From positions 1 through 58,222 of the IMG/VR virus record IMGVR_UViG_3300046009_003881: a DNA stretch of 58,222 bases. One strand, written 5' to 3'. The number at the start of each line of letters is the position of its first letter. Position 1 is the first letter of the stretch. This document shows, one piece after another, positions 14,239-24,055 of this stretch. The translations under genes were made by a program, and so were the position numbers. The notes beneath the pieces were generated by a model. It was not told the DNA's origin, made no database searches, and was given only the letters and a program-made list of their open reading frames with translations. The DNA is from a virus. Taxonomy: Duplodnaviria; Caudoviricetes.

Positions 14239-16432
14239 TAACAAGACGCTATTAAAAAAGAACTCGAATAAAACTTGGTACTATGGGTATAGCGAGGCGC
14301 ACGACCTTGTCATAATATCTAAGACCGGTCAGATAGGTGACATCTACGAAATCGAAGGACTAAAGATTGCACTTCCTCCTGCCCCAACAAAAGTAATGTC
14401 GAGAAGCGCAAAGAAGCCTGATCAGCATTGGGAAAGAAAGGAATGCCCGTCAGAACTTGCCAAGATCCAATCTATATTTCAATGGAACGATATGCCAATT
14501 CCGTTTAAGGAGAAGTGGATCGATTACATTGAGGAGGAGTTCAGACGAAGGGAAGAAGGAATGTTCTTTATGAACAATGGAGAAAAGACTTACATCAGTG
14601 GTAGCCACTATATGTATCTACAGTGGTCAAGTATAGACATTGGATACCCAGACTTTCGTGAAGCAAACAGAATCTTTTGGATTTTTTGGGAAGCTTGCAA
14701 GGCAGACCCTAGGTCATTTGGAATAGACTACCTGAAGATAAGACGTTCAGGATTTTCCTTTATGGCTTCGGCAGAGGGCGTGAATACCGGAACAATATCC
14801 AAGGACTCAAGGATCGGCATACTATCGAAGACGGGACCTGATGCTAAGAAGATGTTTACCGACAAGGTTGTTCCTATCAATAGCAAGTACCCATTCTTCT
14901 TTAAGCCGATAATGGACGGTATGGACAAGCCTAAGACAGAGCTTGCCTATAGGATGCCTGCCTCAAAGATCACCAAGAAGAATATGACAACGATATCATC
15001 AAACGATATCGAGGGATTGAATACTACCATTGACTGGAAGAACACCGAGGACAACTCGTACGATGGTGAAAAACTAATTCTACTTATCCACGATGAGAGT
15101 GGTAAGTGGGTTAAGCCCGTGAACATCTTGAACAACTGGCGAGTTACCAAGACCTGCTTAAGACTTGGTAGCAAGATCATTGGAAAGTGTATGATGGGTT
15201 CAACATCGAACGCACTGAACAAGGGTGGTGACAACTTCAAAAAACTATTCGAGGACTCTGATCCAACCAAGCGAAACGCAAATGGTCAGACCAAGAGTGG
15301 AATGTACGGACTATTCATTCCTATGGAGTGGAACCTAGAAGGATTCATTGATGTCTATGGGCATCCCGTATTCAGAAAGCCTGCTCAACCAATCAAAGGA
15401 ATAGATGGAGCAATGATCTCCAATGGCGCTATAGACTATTGGGAGAACGAGGTTGATTCGTTAAAGAGTGATCCTGATGCGCTCAATGAATTTTACAGAC
15501 AGTTCCCTAGGACTACATCACACGCATTTAGGGATGAGAGCAAGGAGTCCTTGTTTGATCTGACCAAGATCTATCAGCAGATAGACTACAATGACGCTAT
15601 GATTCAAGAGCATTACCTGACAAGAGGATCATTTAGTTGGAAGGACGGAATCAAGGATACCAAGGTTATCTTTACTCCCGACAAAAGGGGTAGGTTCCTA
15701 GTCAGCTGGTTGCCGCCTGCTCAATTACAGAATAGAGTTATAAATGCTAATGGTAGAAAATTACCAGGCAACGAACACATTGGGTCATTCGGATGTGACC
15801 CATATGATATCTCCGCTGTTGTTGGTGGAAGGGGGTCGAACGGATCCCTACACGGAATGACTAAGTACCATATGGACGAGGCTCCGGTAAACGAGTTTTT
15901 TCTTGAGTACATTGCTAGACCACAGACCGCTGAGATATTCTTTGAGGACGTGCTTATGGCTTGTGTGTTTTATGGGATGCCGATACTTGCGGAGAACAAT
16001 AAGCCAAGGCTACTGTACCACTTTAAGAACAGAGGCTATAGAGGGTTCTCTATGAACAGACCCGATAAGGTGTACGCTAAACTTACTGCTACTGAGAAAG
16101 AACTAGGCGGTATCCCGAATACATCGGAGGACGTTAAGCAGTCTCACGCCTCAGCAATCGAGAGCTATATCATAAAGCACGTTGGATATGACGAGACAGG
16201 AATGCATCGCGCTCCTGACGTTGTAGGAAGTATGCCGTTCATTAGAACGCTAGAGGATTGGGCTAAGTTCAACATTAATGATCGAACAAAATTTGACGCA
16301 TCTATCAGTTCGGGATTAGTTATAATGGCTAATCAGAAACATCTCTATGTGCCTGAGAAGCAACAATCAAAAATAAGCGTTAAATTTGCGACATATAGTA
16401 ATAGTGGAACATCAAGCCAAAGAATTAGATGA
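14186..16432 (+). CDS. terL: Terminase large subunit (748 aa)
   Basis: Walker A KIRRSGFS, Walker B LLIHDESGK, GSTSN coupling motif, nuclease GCDPYD; start uncertain. Confidence 0.92.
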   Translation: MRKETQESLYRVLVDYVDNKTLLKKNSNKTWYYGYSEAHDLVIISKTGQIGDIYEIEGLKIALPPAPTKVMSRSAKKPDQHWERKECPSELAKIQSIFQWNDMPIPFKEKWIDYIEEEFRRREEGMFFMNNGEKTYISGSHYMYLQWSSIDIGYPDFREANRIFWIFWEACKADPRSFGIDYLKIRRSGFSFMASAEGVNTGTISKDSRIGILSKTGPDAKKMFTDKVVPINSKYPFFFKPIMDGMDKPKTELAYRMPASKITKKNMTTISSNDIEGLNTTIDWKNTEDNSYDGEKLILLIHDESGKWVKPVNILNNWRVTKTCLRLGSKIIGKCMMGSTSNALNKGGDNFKKLFEDSDPTKRNANGQTKSGMYGLFIPMEWNLEGFIDVYGHPVFRKPAQPIKGIDGAMISNGAIDYWENEVDSLKSDPDALNEFYRQFPRTTSHAFRDESKESLFDLTKIYQQIDYNDAMIQEHYLTRGSFSWKDGIKDTKVIFTPDKRGRFLVSWLPPAQLQNRVINANGRKLPGNEHIGSFGCDPYDISAVVGGRGSNGSLHGMTKYHMDEAPVNEFFLEYIARPQTAEIFFEDVLMACVFYGMPILAENNKPRLLYHFKNRGYRGFSMNRPDKVYAKLTATEKELGGIPNTSEDVKQSHASAIESYIIKHVGYDETGMHRAPDVVGSMPFIRTLEDWAKFNINDRTKFDASISSGLVIMANQKHLYVPEKQQSKISVKFATYSNSGTSSQRIR

Positions 16433-18864
16433 AAGATGTCAAAGTAAATATATCGTCTACAGCATTCCCTTCTCAATTTGTTTCTGACTCTGAAAAGAAA
16501 ACGCCAGAGTTCGGTCTTCAAATTGGTCAAGCGATTCAGTACGAGTGGTTTAGAAAGGACGGAAACCAATGTAGATACTACAATCAATGGAGAGACTTTC
16601 ATAGACTAAGACTGTACGCTCGAGGTGAACAGTCTACCGGCAAGTACAAGAATGAACTAGCCATAGACGGTGACTTGTCCTATCTAAATCTAGACTGGAC
16701 ACCCGTTCCTATTATCCCAAAGTTTGTTGACATTGTCGTTAATGGAATGTCAGACCGACTGTTTTCTGCAAAGGCTTATGCGCAAGATGCATTGTCTCAG
16801 GAGAATCGAAACAAATACCAGGAGTCTCTAAAGGGGCAGATGGTAGCTAGACCGATCCTTGAGAAGGTGCAAGCAGCAACTGGCATTGACCCATTCGTTA
16901 CTAACCCTGCCGACCTACCTGAGAACGACGAAGAGCTTCAGCTTTATATGCAGCTTAAGTACAAGCCTGCTATTGAGATTGCTGAGGAAGAAGCTATAAA
17001 TACTGTGCTTGATGAGAATAATTTTCAAGACACTAGAAAGAGAATTGACTACGATCAAACCGTAATTGGAATTGGTGTAGCCAAGCACGAGTTCTTACCA
17101 GGGGCAGGGATACAAATATCTTATGTAGATCCTGCGAACATAGTGTACAGCTACACTGAGGACCCATACTTCAGAGACTGCTTCTATTGGGGAGAGATCA
17201 AGACGCTTCCAATCACGGAGCTTTACAAGATTGATCAGTCGCTTACAAAGGAGCAGCTAGAAGAGATAGCGAAATACAGTCAGAGCTGGTACGACTACTA
17301 CAATGTAGCGCAGTTCTACGAGAACAGCATATTTCACAGAGACACTTGCACACTGCTTTACTACAACTACAAGACAACTACTAAGGTTGTGTATAAGAAG
17401 AAGAACCTAGAGGGTGGTGGAGCTAGAGTAATACCTAAGGACGATACGTTTAATCCTCCAAACGAAATGATGGAGGAGGGAAATTTCGAGAAGATCGAGA
17501 AGACTATTGATGTGTGGTACGAGGGCGTTATGGTTATGGGAACCAATATCATATTGAAGTGGGAGATGTCTGAGAATATGGTTAGACCTAAATCAGCAAG
17601 TCAACACGCTATACCCAACTACGTAGCTGTAGCACCTAGAATGTACAAGGGAGTTATCGAGTCGTTGGTTAGAAGAATGATTCCATTTGCGGACCTTATT
17701 CAAATCACCCACCTAAAGCTACAGCAAGTAATAGCTAGAACAGTTCCTGATGGAGTATTCATTGATGCTGATGGTCTTAATGAAGTAGACCTAGGAACAG
17801 GAAATGCTTACAACCCAGAGGACGCACTGAGACTTTACTTCCAAACGGGTAGTGTGATAGGAAGAAGCTACACGCAAGACGGTGACTTTAACAATGCAAG
17901 GGTTCCAATAACCCAGCTCACATCGTCATCCGGAGCGAGTAAGACACAGATGCTGATTGCCAACTACAATCACTACCTAGATATGGTAAGAAGTGTAACC
18001 GGCTTGAATGAGGCTAGAGATGGATCTGATCCTGACCCTAACTCACTAGTAGGATTACAAAAGCTTGCCGCTCTAAATTCAAATACCGCAACGAGACACA
18101 TACTTGAGGGCGGTCTATCAATATTCAAGGGAATAGCTGAGGCTGTAACCTATAGGGTATCGGACATTATTCAGTACGCTGACTTCAAGGATGGATTCAT
18201 AAACAGAATAGGAAAGTACAACGTGTCCCTTCTCTCCGAGATTAGAGACCTGTACATCTACGACTTCGGAATCTTCATAGAGATATCTCCTGACGAAGAA
18301 CAAAAGGCGAAGCTTGAGCAGAACGTCCAAATGGCATTGTCGAGAAACGACATCAACCTAGAGGACGCTATCGATATCAGAGAGATCAAGAACATTAAGC
18401 TTGCTAATCAGCTACTGAAGTTGAAGCGAACTAAGAAACTTGAGAGGGAAGAGAAGATGGCTATGCAGAAGCAGGCTATTATTTCTGAGCAGAACATCAA
18501 GTCGCAGGAGCTTGCAAGTCAAGTTGCTATGATGAAGATTGATGCCGAGACCAACTCTAAGATAAAGATCAAGCAGGCTGAAATCAGTTTTAATGTTCAG
18601 AAGATGGAGAAGGAAGCTGAGTTCAAACTAATGCTTATGCAGAGAGAGTTTGACTTCAACCTTCAGTTGAACGGAATGAAGGAAGAGATGCTCAACAAGA
18701 GGGAGGATGTCAAGGAGAAGGGAAAGGAAAAGAGAATCGACAAACAGAATACTCAACAATCAAAGCTCATAAACCAAAGGAAGAACAATCTTCCTCCGCT
18801 ATCATTCGAGTCCAATGAAGATACTTTGGACGGGTTTGACCTAGCTGAATTTGAGCCTAGATAG
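16429..18864 (+). CDS. Portal protein (811 aa)
   Basis: Follows TerL; IIPKFVDIVVNG motif; long C-terminal coiled coil as in podovirus portals. Confidence 0.85.
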   Translation: MKDVKVNISSTAFPSQFVSDSEKKTPEFGLQIGQAIQYEWFRKDGNQCRYYNQWRDFHRLRLYARGEQSTGKYKNELAIDGDLSYLNLDWTPVPIIPKFVDIVVNGMSDRLFSAKAYAQDALSQENRNKYQESLKGQMVARPILEKVQAATGIDPFVTNPADLPENDEELQLYMQLKYKPAIEIAEEEAINTVLDENNFQDTRKRIDYDQTVIGIGVAKHEFLPGAGIQISYVDPANIVYSYTEDPYFRDCFYWGEIKTLPITELYKIDQSLTKEQLEEIAKYSQSWYDYYNVAQFYENSIFHRDTCTLLYYNYKTTTKVVYKKKNLEGGGARVIPKDDTFNPPNEMMEEGNFEKIEKTIDVWYEGVMVMGTNIILKWEMSENMVRPKSASQHAIPNYVAVAPRMYKGVIESLVRRMIPFADLIQITHLKLQQVIARTVPDGVFIDADGLNEVDLGTGNAYNPEDALRLYFQTGSVIGRSYTQDGDFNNARVPITQLTSSSGASKTQMLIANYNHYLDMVRSVTGLNEARDGSDPDPNSLVGLQKLAALNSNTATRHILEGGLSIFKGIAEAVTYRVSDIIQYADFKDGFINRIGKYNVSLLSEIRDLYIYDFGIFIEISPDEEQKAKLEQNVQMALSRNDINLEDAIDIREIKNIKLANQLLKLKRTKKLEREEKMAMQKQAIISEQNIKSQELASQVAMMKIDAETNSKIKIKQAEISFNVQKMEKEAEFKLMLMQREFDFNLQLNGMKEEMLNKREDVKEKGKEKRIDKQNTQQSKLINQRKNNLPPLSFESNEDTLDGFDLAEFEPR

Positions 18865-18882
18865 CAATTAAGAATTTTGTTA

Positions 18883-18890
18883 TAACTTTG
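18883..18890 (+). promoter_or_regulatory. Promoter -7 box TAACTTTG for scaffold-capsid genes
   Basis: TAnnTTTG 15 nt before ATG 18906. Confidence 0.55.
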
Positions 18891-18905
18891 CATAAATCAA
18901 ATCAA

Positions 18906-20012
18906 ATGGAAATTAAAGTAAAAGACCTAGGTTCTATCGAAGAGAAAGGATCTCAACAGATTGAGAAGGAGTTGCTAGATAAGCACCAACAGAGCATTGA
19001 AGGCAACAAGAGCAATGAGGGTAATGAAGGTAATGATGGTAATCAAAACCAAGATCCTCCTGCTGATCCTCCTGCTGAGGTAGAACTAAAGGACGAAGAC
19101 GTTCTTTCATTTATTGGAAAAAGATACAACAAGCAAATCAGTTCACTAGATGATCTGATGGCTACAAAGGAAGAGGAAGGTCCACTTCCCGAAGACGTTG
19201 CATCTTTCTTGAAATATAAAAAAGAGACTGGTCGTGGAATCGAGGACTATATCAAGTTGAATAAGGACTACGATAAAATGGACGAGGACTCTTTATTGAA
19301 GAGTTATATCCAATCAACTCAGGATGGTTTAGATGATGACGATGTAGATGTGCTTATGGAAGAGTACAGCTATGACGAAGATCTAGACACAGAGTCTGAG
19401 ATGAAGAAGAAAAAACTAGTGAAGAAAAAAGCTATTGCAGAAGCTAAGAAGTTTTTCGAAGATCAAAAGAGTAAGTACACCACACGACTTGAGTCAAGTC
19501 AATCAGGTCTTGCTCCGGAGGAAGAAGAAGACTTCAAGGCTTACAAGCAATACATTTCAACGTCAAAAGACATTGATACCGAAAACAAGCGTAAGAGCGA
19601 GTGGTTTACAAAGAAGACTGAAGAGTTGTTTAGTACAGAGTTCAAAGGTTTTGAGTTTGACCTAAACAATAAGAAGTTCAATTTTACACCTGCCGATGCT
19701 GCTGAATTAAAGAAGTCGCAATCAAACCCATTTAACTTTATCAATAAGTACTTGGATGAGAACGGGATGATTAAGGATGCTGTAGGTTACCATAAGTCTT
19801 TGGCAATAGCAATGAACCCTGAAAAGTTTGCCAAGTTCTTTTATGAACAAGGTATGGCTGATAGCGTTGACGATCTCGACAAGCGGATGAAGAATGTAAA
19901 TATGTCCGAGCGTAGAAGTCCAGAGGCTATGAATAAAGGGGGAATGCAAATCCGATCGGTAGACAATGACTCAGGTCGTGGTCTCAAGATCAAAAGCATA
20001 AAAAAAATATAA
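18906..20012 (+). CDS. Capsid scaffolding protein (putative, 368 aa)
   Basis: Acidic, helical, between portal and capsid genes; FAKFFYEQG motif. Confidence 0.75.
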   Translation: MEIKVKDLGSIEEKGSQQIEKELLDKHQQSIEGNKSNEGNEGNDGNQNQDPPADPPAEVELKDEDVLSFIGKRYNKQISSLDDLMATKEEEGPLPEDVASFLKYKKETGRGIEDYIKLNKDYDKMDEDSLLKSYIQSTQDGLDDDDVDVLMEEYSYDEDLDTESEMKKKKLVKKKAIAEAKKFFEDQKSKYTTRLESSQSGLAPEEEEDFKAYKQYISTSKDIDTENKRKSEWFTKKTEELFSTEFKGFEFDLNNKKFNFTPADAAELKKSQSNPFNFINKYLDENGMIKDAVGYHKSLAIAMNPEKFAKFFYEQGMADSVDDLDKRMKNVNMSERRSPEAMNKGGMQIRSVDNDSGRGLKIKSIKKI

Positions 20013-20031
20013 AAAATAAAACTTAGAAAAA

Positions 20032-21456
20032 ATGCCAGGATCAGTCCTAACCCCTCCAGGTTACAACCTACAGCCTAACGCAGAGCAGGTAGCGTTGTCA
20101 ACCAACTACATTACAAATTTCGACTTCTTGAACCAGTATCTTCCTGATACTTTCGAGAAGGAGTTTGAGCGTTATGGTAATCGTACCGTAGCATCATTCC
20201 TTCGTATGGTTGGAGCAGAGATGCCTTCAACATCTGACCTTATCAAATGGGCAGAGCAAGGTCGTTTGCACACGAAGTACACTGATTGCGCATCAGGCGC
20301 TGCTGCTGCAGCAGACACTGCGACAATTACAGTAAGCGACACGGGCGTTACAGCCATCGCTATCCGTAAGGGTCAAACAGTTATGATCACTGACAACGCA
20401 GGAACAGGTTACAACAAAGGTATCGTTATCGATGTTGATACAACTGCGAACACATTTGACGTTGCTTACTACGAAGCAGGTGGTCAAGTGTTTGGAGCTG
20501 CTGCTACTCTTACTGTATTCATTTACGGTTCTGAGTTCAGAAAAGGAACAAACGGAATGCAAGGTTCATTGGAGGCTGAAGATGATTTCTTCGACAACTC
20601 TCCAATCATCATCAAAGACAAGTACGCTGTTAGCGGATCTGATATGGCTCAGATTGGCTGGGTTGAAGTTACTACAGAGAACGGTGCAACCGGCTACTTG
20701 TGGTACTTGAAGTCAGAACACGAGACTCGTCTTCGTTTCGAGGATTACCTTGAGACTTCAATGATTGAGGCTGTGCCTGCTGAGTCTGGTTCAGGTGTTG
20801 TTAACCAAACAACTTACACTGACGCTGGTAACAAGGGTTCTGAAGGTATCTTCTACGTTGTTGAAGATCGTGGTAACGTGTGGGGCGGTGGTAACCCAAC
20901 TACACTTGCTGACTTCGATAGCGTGATTTCACGTCTTGACAAGCAGGGTGCGATTGAAGAGAACGTAATCTTCGTTAATCGTGACTTCGGTTTCGATATC
21001 GATGATATGCTTGCTACACTGAACGGTTTCAACGGATCATCTGCTGCAGGTGCTGCATCATTCGGTTTGTTTGACAACGATGTTCAGATGGCATTGAACC
21101 TTGGCTTCTCAGGTTTCCGTCGTGGTTATGACTTCTACAAGTCTGACTGGAAGTACTTGAACGATCCAACAATGCGTGGTGGTCTTCCTTCCTTCACAGG
21201 TCGTGTAAATGGTTTGCTAGTTCCTGCTGGTTCTACAACTGTTTACGATCAGATCCTAGGAAAGAACGCGAAGCGTCCATTCTTGCACGTTCGTTACCGT
21301 GCTTCTGAAACAGAAGATCGTCGTTACAAGACTTGGATCACAGGTTCTGCAGGTGGCGCAAACAACAGCGACCTTGATGCAATGGAGGTTAACTTCTTGT
21401 CTGAGCGTTGCGTATGCACACTTGGCGCGAACAACTTCTTCTTGTTCCAAAACTAA
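20032..21456 (+). CDS. Major capsid protein (474 aa)
   Basis: Position, size, strong codon bias, terminator downstream; WAEQGRLH motif. Confidence 0.85.
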   Translation: MPGSVLTPPGYNLQPNAEQVALSTNYITNFDFLNQYLPDTFEKEFERYGNRTVASFLRMVGAEMPSTSDLIKWAEQGRLHTKYTDCASGAAAAADTATITVSDTGVTAIAIRKGQTVMITDNAGTGYNKGIVIDVDTTANTFDVAYYEAGGQVFGAAATLTVFIYGSEFRKGTNGMQGSLEAEDDFFDNSPIIIKDKYAVSGSDMAQIGWVEVTTENGATGYLWYLKSEHETRLRFEDYLETSMIEAVPAESGSGVVNQTTYTDAGNKGSEGIFYVVEDRGNVWGGGNPTTLADFDSVISRLDKQGAIEENVIFVNRDFGFDIDDMLATLNGFNGSSAAGAASFGLFDNDVQMALNLGFSGFRRGYDFYKSDWKYLNDPTMRGGLPSFTGRVNGLLVPAGSTTVYDQILGKNAKRPFLHVRYRASETEDRRYKTWITGSAGGANNSDLDAMEVNFLSERCVCTLGANNFFLFQN

Positions 21457-21488
21457 TCCTCGTGATTACGAAGTAATAGAAAATCGAT

Positions 21489-21520
21489 GGGCAGTATCTT
21501 TCGGGGTACTGCCCTTCTTT
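21489..21520 (+). terminator. Intrinsic terminator with UUCG loop
   Basis: GGGCAGTATCT-TTCG-GGGTACTGCCC-TTCTTT. Confidence 0.75.
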
Positions 21521-21533
21521 ATAATCCAATCAA

Positions 21534-22286
21534 ATGAAATACAATAAGAAAGAAGCAAAGGACCGAGTGTACAAACTCACTCGCAATGCAGCACCGTTAT
21601 CTTTTATGCTGCCAACAAGAAACTCTCGTCGATATCCACTACTGTGGTATGATGAGGATCAAAACATAAACCGTCCACTGCGCTATGCAGTAAACCAAAA
21701 GTCTGCATTTGAAGACGAGCAGGACGGAAACGCAATCGTTGAACCGATTATTTTTGAAAGCGGATTCCTCCGTGTTCCAAAAAACAATCCCGTTCTACAC
21801 GAATTTTTGTACTATCACCCTCTGAATGGAAAGGCATTTGTAGAAGTTAATCCTGAACAGGATGCTGCAAGTATACTTGACTCTATCAATGTAGAGGTGG
21901 ATGCATTAGTTCTTGCTAGAGAGCTTTCTCTAGATCAGCTTGAGAATGTATCGCGTGTACTATTCGGAAAGGATCCGTCAACAACTACATCATCTGAATT
22001 AAAGCGTGACGTTCTTATTTTTGCAAAGCGAAATCCAAGAGGATTCATCAATGCTGTAAACGATCCGTCACTAAAGCTCCAGTCCAATGTCAGAAACTTC
22101 TTTACACAGAAACTATTGACATTTAGAAATGGAAAGAAAGAGGTTTGGTTCAGCACTGACTCAAACAAAAAGAAGATGTTATCCGTACCATACGGTGAAG
22201 ATCCATACGATATGGTATCTAATTACTTGAAATCTGACGAGGGTCTCGATGCATTAAAGATGCTTGAGAGCTACTCTGAATCATAA
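21534..22286 (+). CDS. Conserved morphogenesis protein (250 aa)
   Basis: ORF track; position after capsid gene. Confidence 0.75.
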   Translation: MKYNKKEAKDRVYKLTRNAAPLSFMLPTRNSRRYPLLWYDEDQNINRPLRYAVNQKSAFEDEQDGNAIVEPIIFESGFLRVPKNNPVLHEFLYYHPLNGKAFVEVNPEQDAASILDSINVEVDALVLARELSLDQLENVSRVLFGKDPSTTTSSELKRDVLIFAKRNPRGFINAVNDPSLKLQSNVRNFFTQKLLTFRNGKKEVWFSTDSNKKKMLSVPYGEDPYDMVSNYLKSDEGLDALKMLESYSES

Positions 22287-22316
22287 TTGTATCATTGTGT
22301 TTTTGAATTACAAGAT

Positions 22317-22354
22317 AGGGGTGTGGCTTAATCAGTCACATCCCTTTCTTTTTT
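22317..22354 (+). terminator. Intrinsic terminator
   Basis: AGGGGTGTGGCT-taatc-AGTCACATCCCT then T run. Confidence 0.7.
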
Positions 22355-22355
22355 C

Positions 22356-22363
22356 TATCTTTG
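22356..22363 (+). promoter_or_regulatory. Promoter -7 box TATCTTTG for tail genes
   Basis: TAnnTTTG right after the terminator. Confidence 0.55.
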
Positions 22364-22376
22364 TAAAAAAGAAGAG

Positions 22377-23123
22377 ATGATAAATTCAGTAAGGAATACT
22401 GTGCTTTCTATTCTGAATAAGAATAATTACGGATACATTTCTCCATCCGACTTTAACCTGTACGCGAAGCAAGCTCAAATGGAAATATTCGAGAACTACT
22501 TTTCTAACTACAATATGCAGATAGCCAAGGAGAATGCTAGGATGTCAGGCACTGGATACGCTGATTTGAAGCAGACGATGGAAGAGGCTATGGAAGTATT
22601 CCTTATGCCTGAGACCGTGTTAACGCAGGTGGCTCCATCTACAAACGAGTACTTCTTACCATCGCTTGTTACAACTGGCGATGAGTACTTTATGGTTAAC
22701 AAGATACTGTGCTACGATGTACAAGGACTTGTGTCTACATTCAAGGGGGAGGCAGAGAAAGTAAACCACTCGAAGATTACATCACTTCTTACATCAAATC
22801 TCACTAGCCCGTCAGAAACATTTCCTGCATATACCCAACAGGGACTAACAGTTAAGGTGTATCCGGATACGTTCAATGGCGCTAACGAAGTGAAGTGCGT
22901 TTACTTTAGATACCCACTTGATCCTAAGTGGACCTACGTTACTCTTCTAAATGGAGAGCCTTCGTTTGACCAATCACAACCAGACTATAAGGACTTCGAA
23001 CTTCCAATAGAAGAAGAGATCAGGCTAGTCACAAAGATACTTCAGTACGCAGGCGTATCGATAAGAGAGGCTGAGGTGGTGCAGTTTGCAAAAGCAGAAG
23101 AACAACAACAGAAAGCTCAATAA
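22377..23123 (+). CDS. Head-tail connector/tail ring protein (248 aa)
   Basis: LNK...GYISP.DFN.YAKQAQ motif; position. Confidence 0.7.
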   Translation: MINSVRNTVLSILNKNNYGYISPSDFNLYAKQAQMEIFENYFSNYNMQIAKENARMSGTGYADLKQTMEEAMEVFLMPETVLTQVAPSTNEYFLPSLVTTGDEYFMVNKILCYDVQGLVSTFKGEAEKVNHSKITSLLTSNLTSPSETFPAYTQQGLTVKVYPDTFNGANEVKCVYFRYPLDPKWTYVTLLNGEPSFDQSQPDYKDFELPIEEEIRLVTKILQYAGVSIREAEVVQFAKAEEQQQKAQ

Positions 23124-23129
23124 TGAATA

Positions 23130-24053
23130 ATGGCTTACATATCTCAATTTCAATACTATACAAATAACGGAAACACACCCGAGAATCAAAACTGGGGATC
23201 GTATCAGTACGTTAGTTTGTTTGACATAGTCAATAACTTTATGTTGATGTACAATGGTAATCATTCGCTCATCAACAACGAAGAAAGGTACAAGGTTCTA
23301 TTTCACGCAAAGCGTGCTATTCAAGAATTGAACTACGATGCCTTCAAGGAAGTAAAGGTTCTTGAGCTAAATGTAACCGACACGTTGAAGTTTGTTCTAC
23401 CATCTGACTACGTCAATTGGGTACGTATATCTCTTTACAAGGACGGGTACTTGAGACCGCTTAGTGAGAACATCCAGGCGATATCGTCTAGCGCTTACTT
23501 GCAGGATAATACCGGTAACATCCTATTTGATATCAATGGAAATATACTTGAGCCTCAGTTCTCGAATATTGACTACGAAAGAATCAAGGGTACAAAGAAG
23601 AGCATCTATCTAAATTCAGGCAGTCAGTTTGACGGGATGGATGGATACCTTGTTGATGGAGACTGGTTCTTTGACTTTGCTATAGGGGCGCGATTCGGTC
23701 TGAACACCGAGACAGCAAACTTTAATCCTACCTTCAAGGTAAACAACAAGGCAGGCGTTATTGACTTCAGCTCGGATATGGCTGGTCAAATCTGTATACT
23801 TGAGTACGTGTCCGATGGAATGGAGGGCGGTGACAATACGGTGATAACTGTCAATAAGTTATTTGAGAAGTACGTGTATGCATACATTCACTATGAGCTT
23901 CTAAGTTCAAAGCTTGGTGTTCAAGAGTACATTGTCTCTAGAGCTAGAAAGGAAAAGAGCGCACTACTCAGAAATTCTAAGATCAGAATAAGTAACATTC
24001 ATCCTGGGCGATTGCTTATGAATCTCCGTGGTATGGATAAGATGATAAAATAA
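23130..24053 (+). CDS. Tail tubular/ring protein (307 aa)
   Basis: FHAKRAIQELNYD, LPSDYVNWVRIS motifs; position. Confidence 0.7.
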   Translation: MAYISQFQYYTNNGNTPENQNWGSYQYVSLFDIVNNFMLMYNGNHSLINNEERYKVLFHAKRAIQELNYDAFKEVKVLELNVTDTLKFVLPSDYVNWVRISLYKDGYLRPLSENIQAISSSAYLQDNTGNILFDINGNILEPQFSNIDYERIKGTKKSIYLNSGSQFDGMDGYLVDGDWFFDFAIGARFGLNTETANFNPTFKVNNKAGVIDFSSDMAGQICILEYVSDGMEGGDNTVITVNKLFEKYVYAYIHYELLSSKLGVQEYIVSRARKEKSALLRNSKIRISNIHPGRLLMNLRGMDKMIK

Positions 24054-24055
24054 CT

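Noticed and set aside
21299-21547. Frameshift extension of the major capsid protein
   Set aside because: No clear slippery site near the capsid stop, and a terminator lies within the alternative frame.
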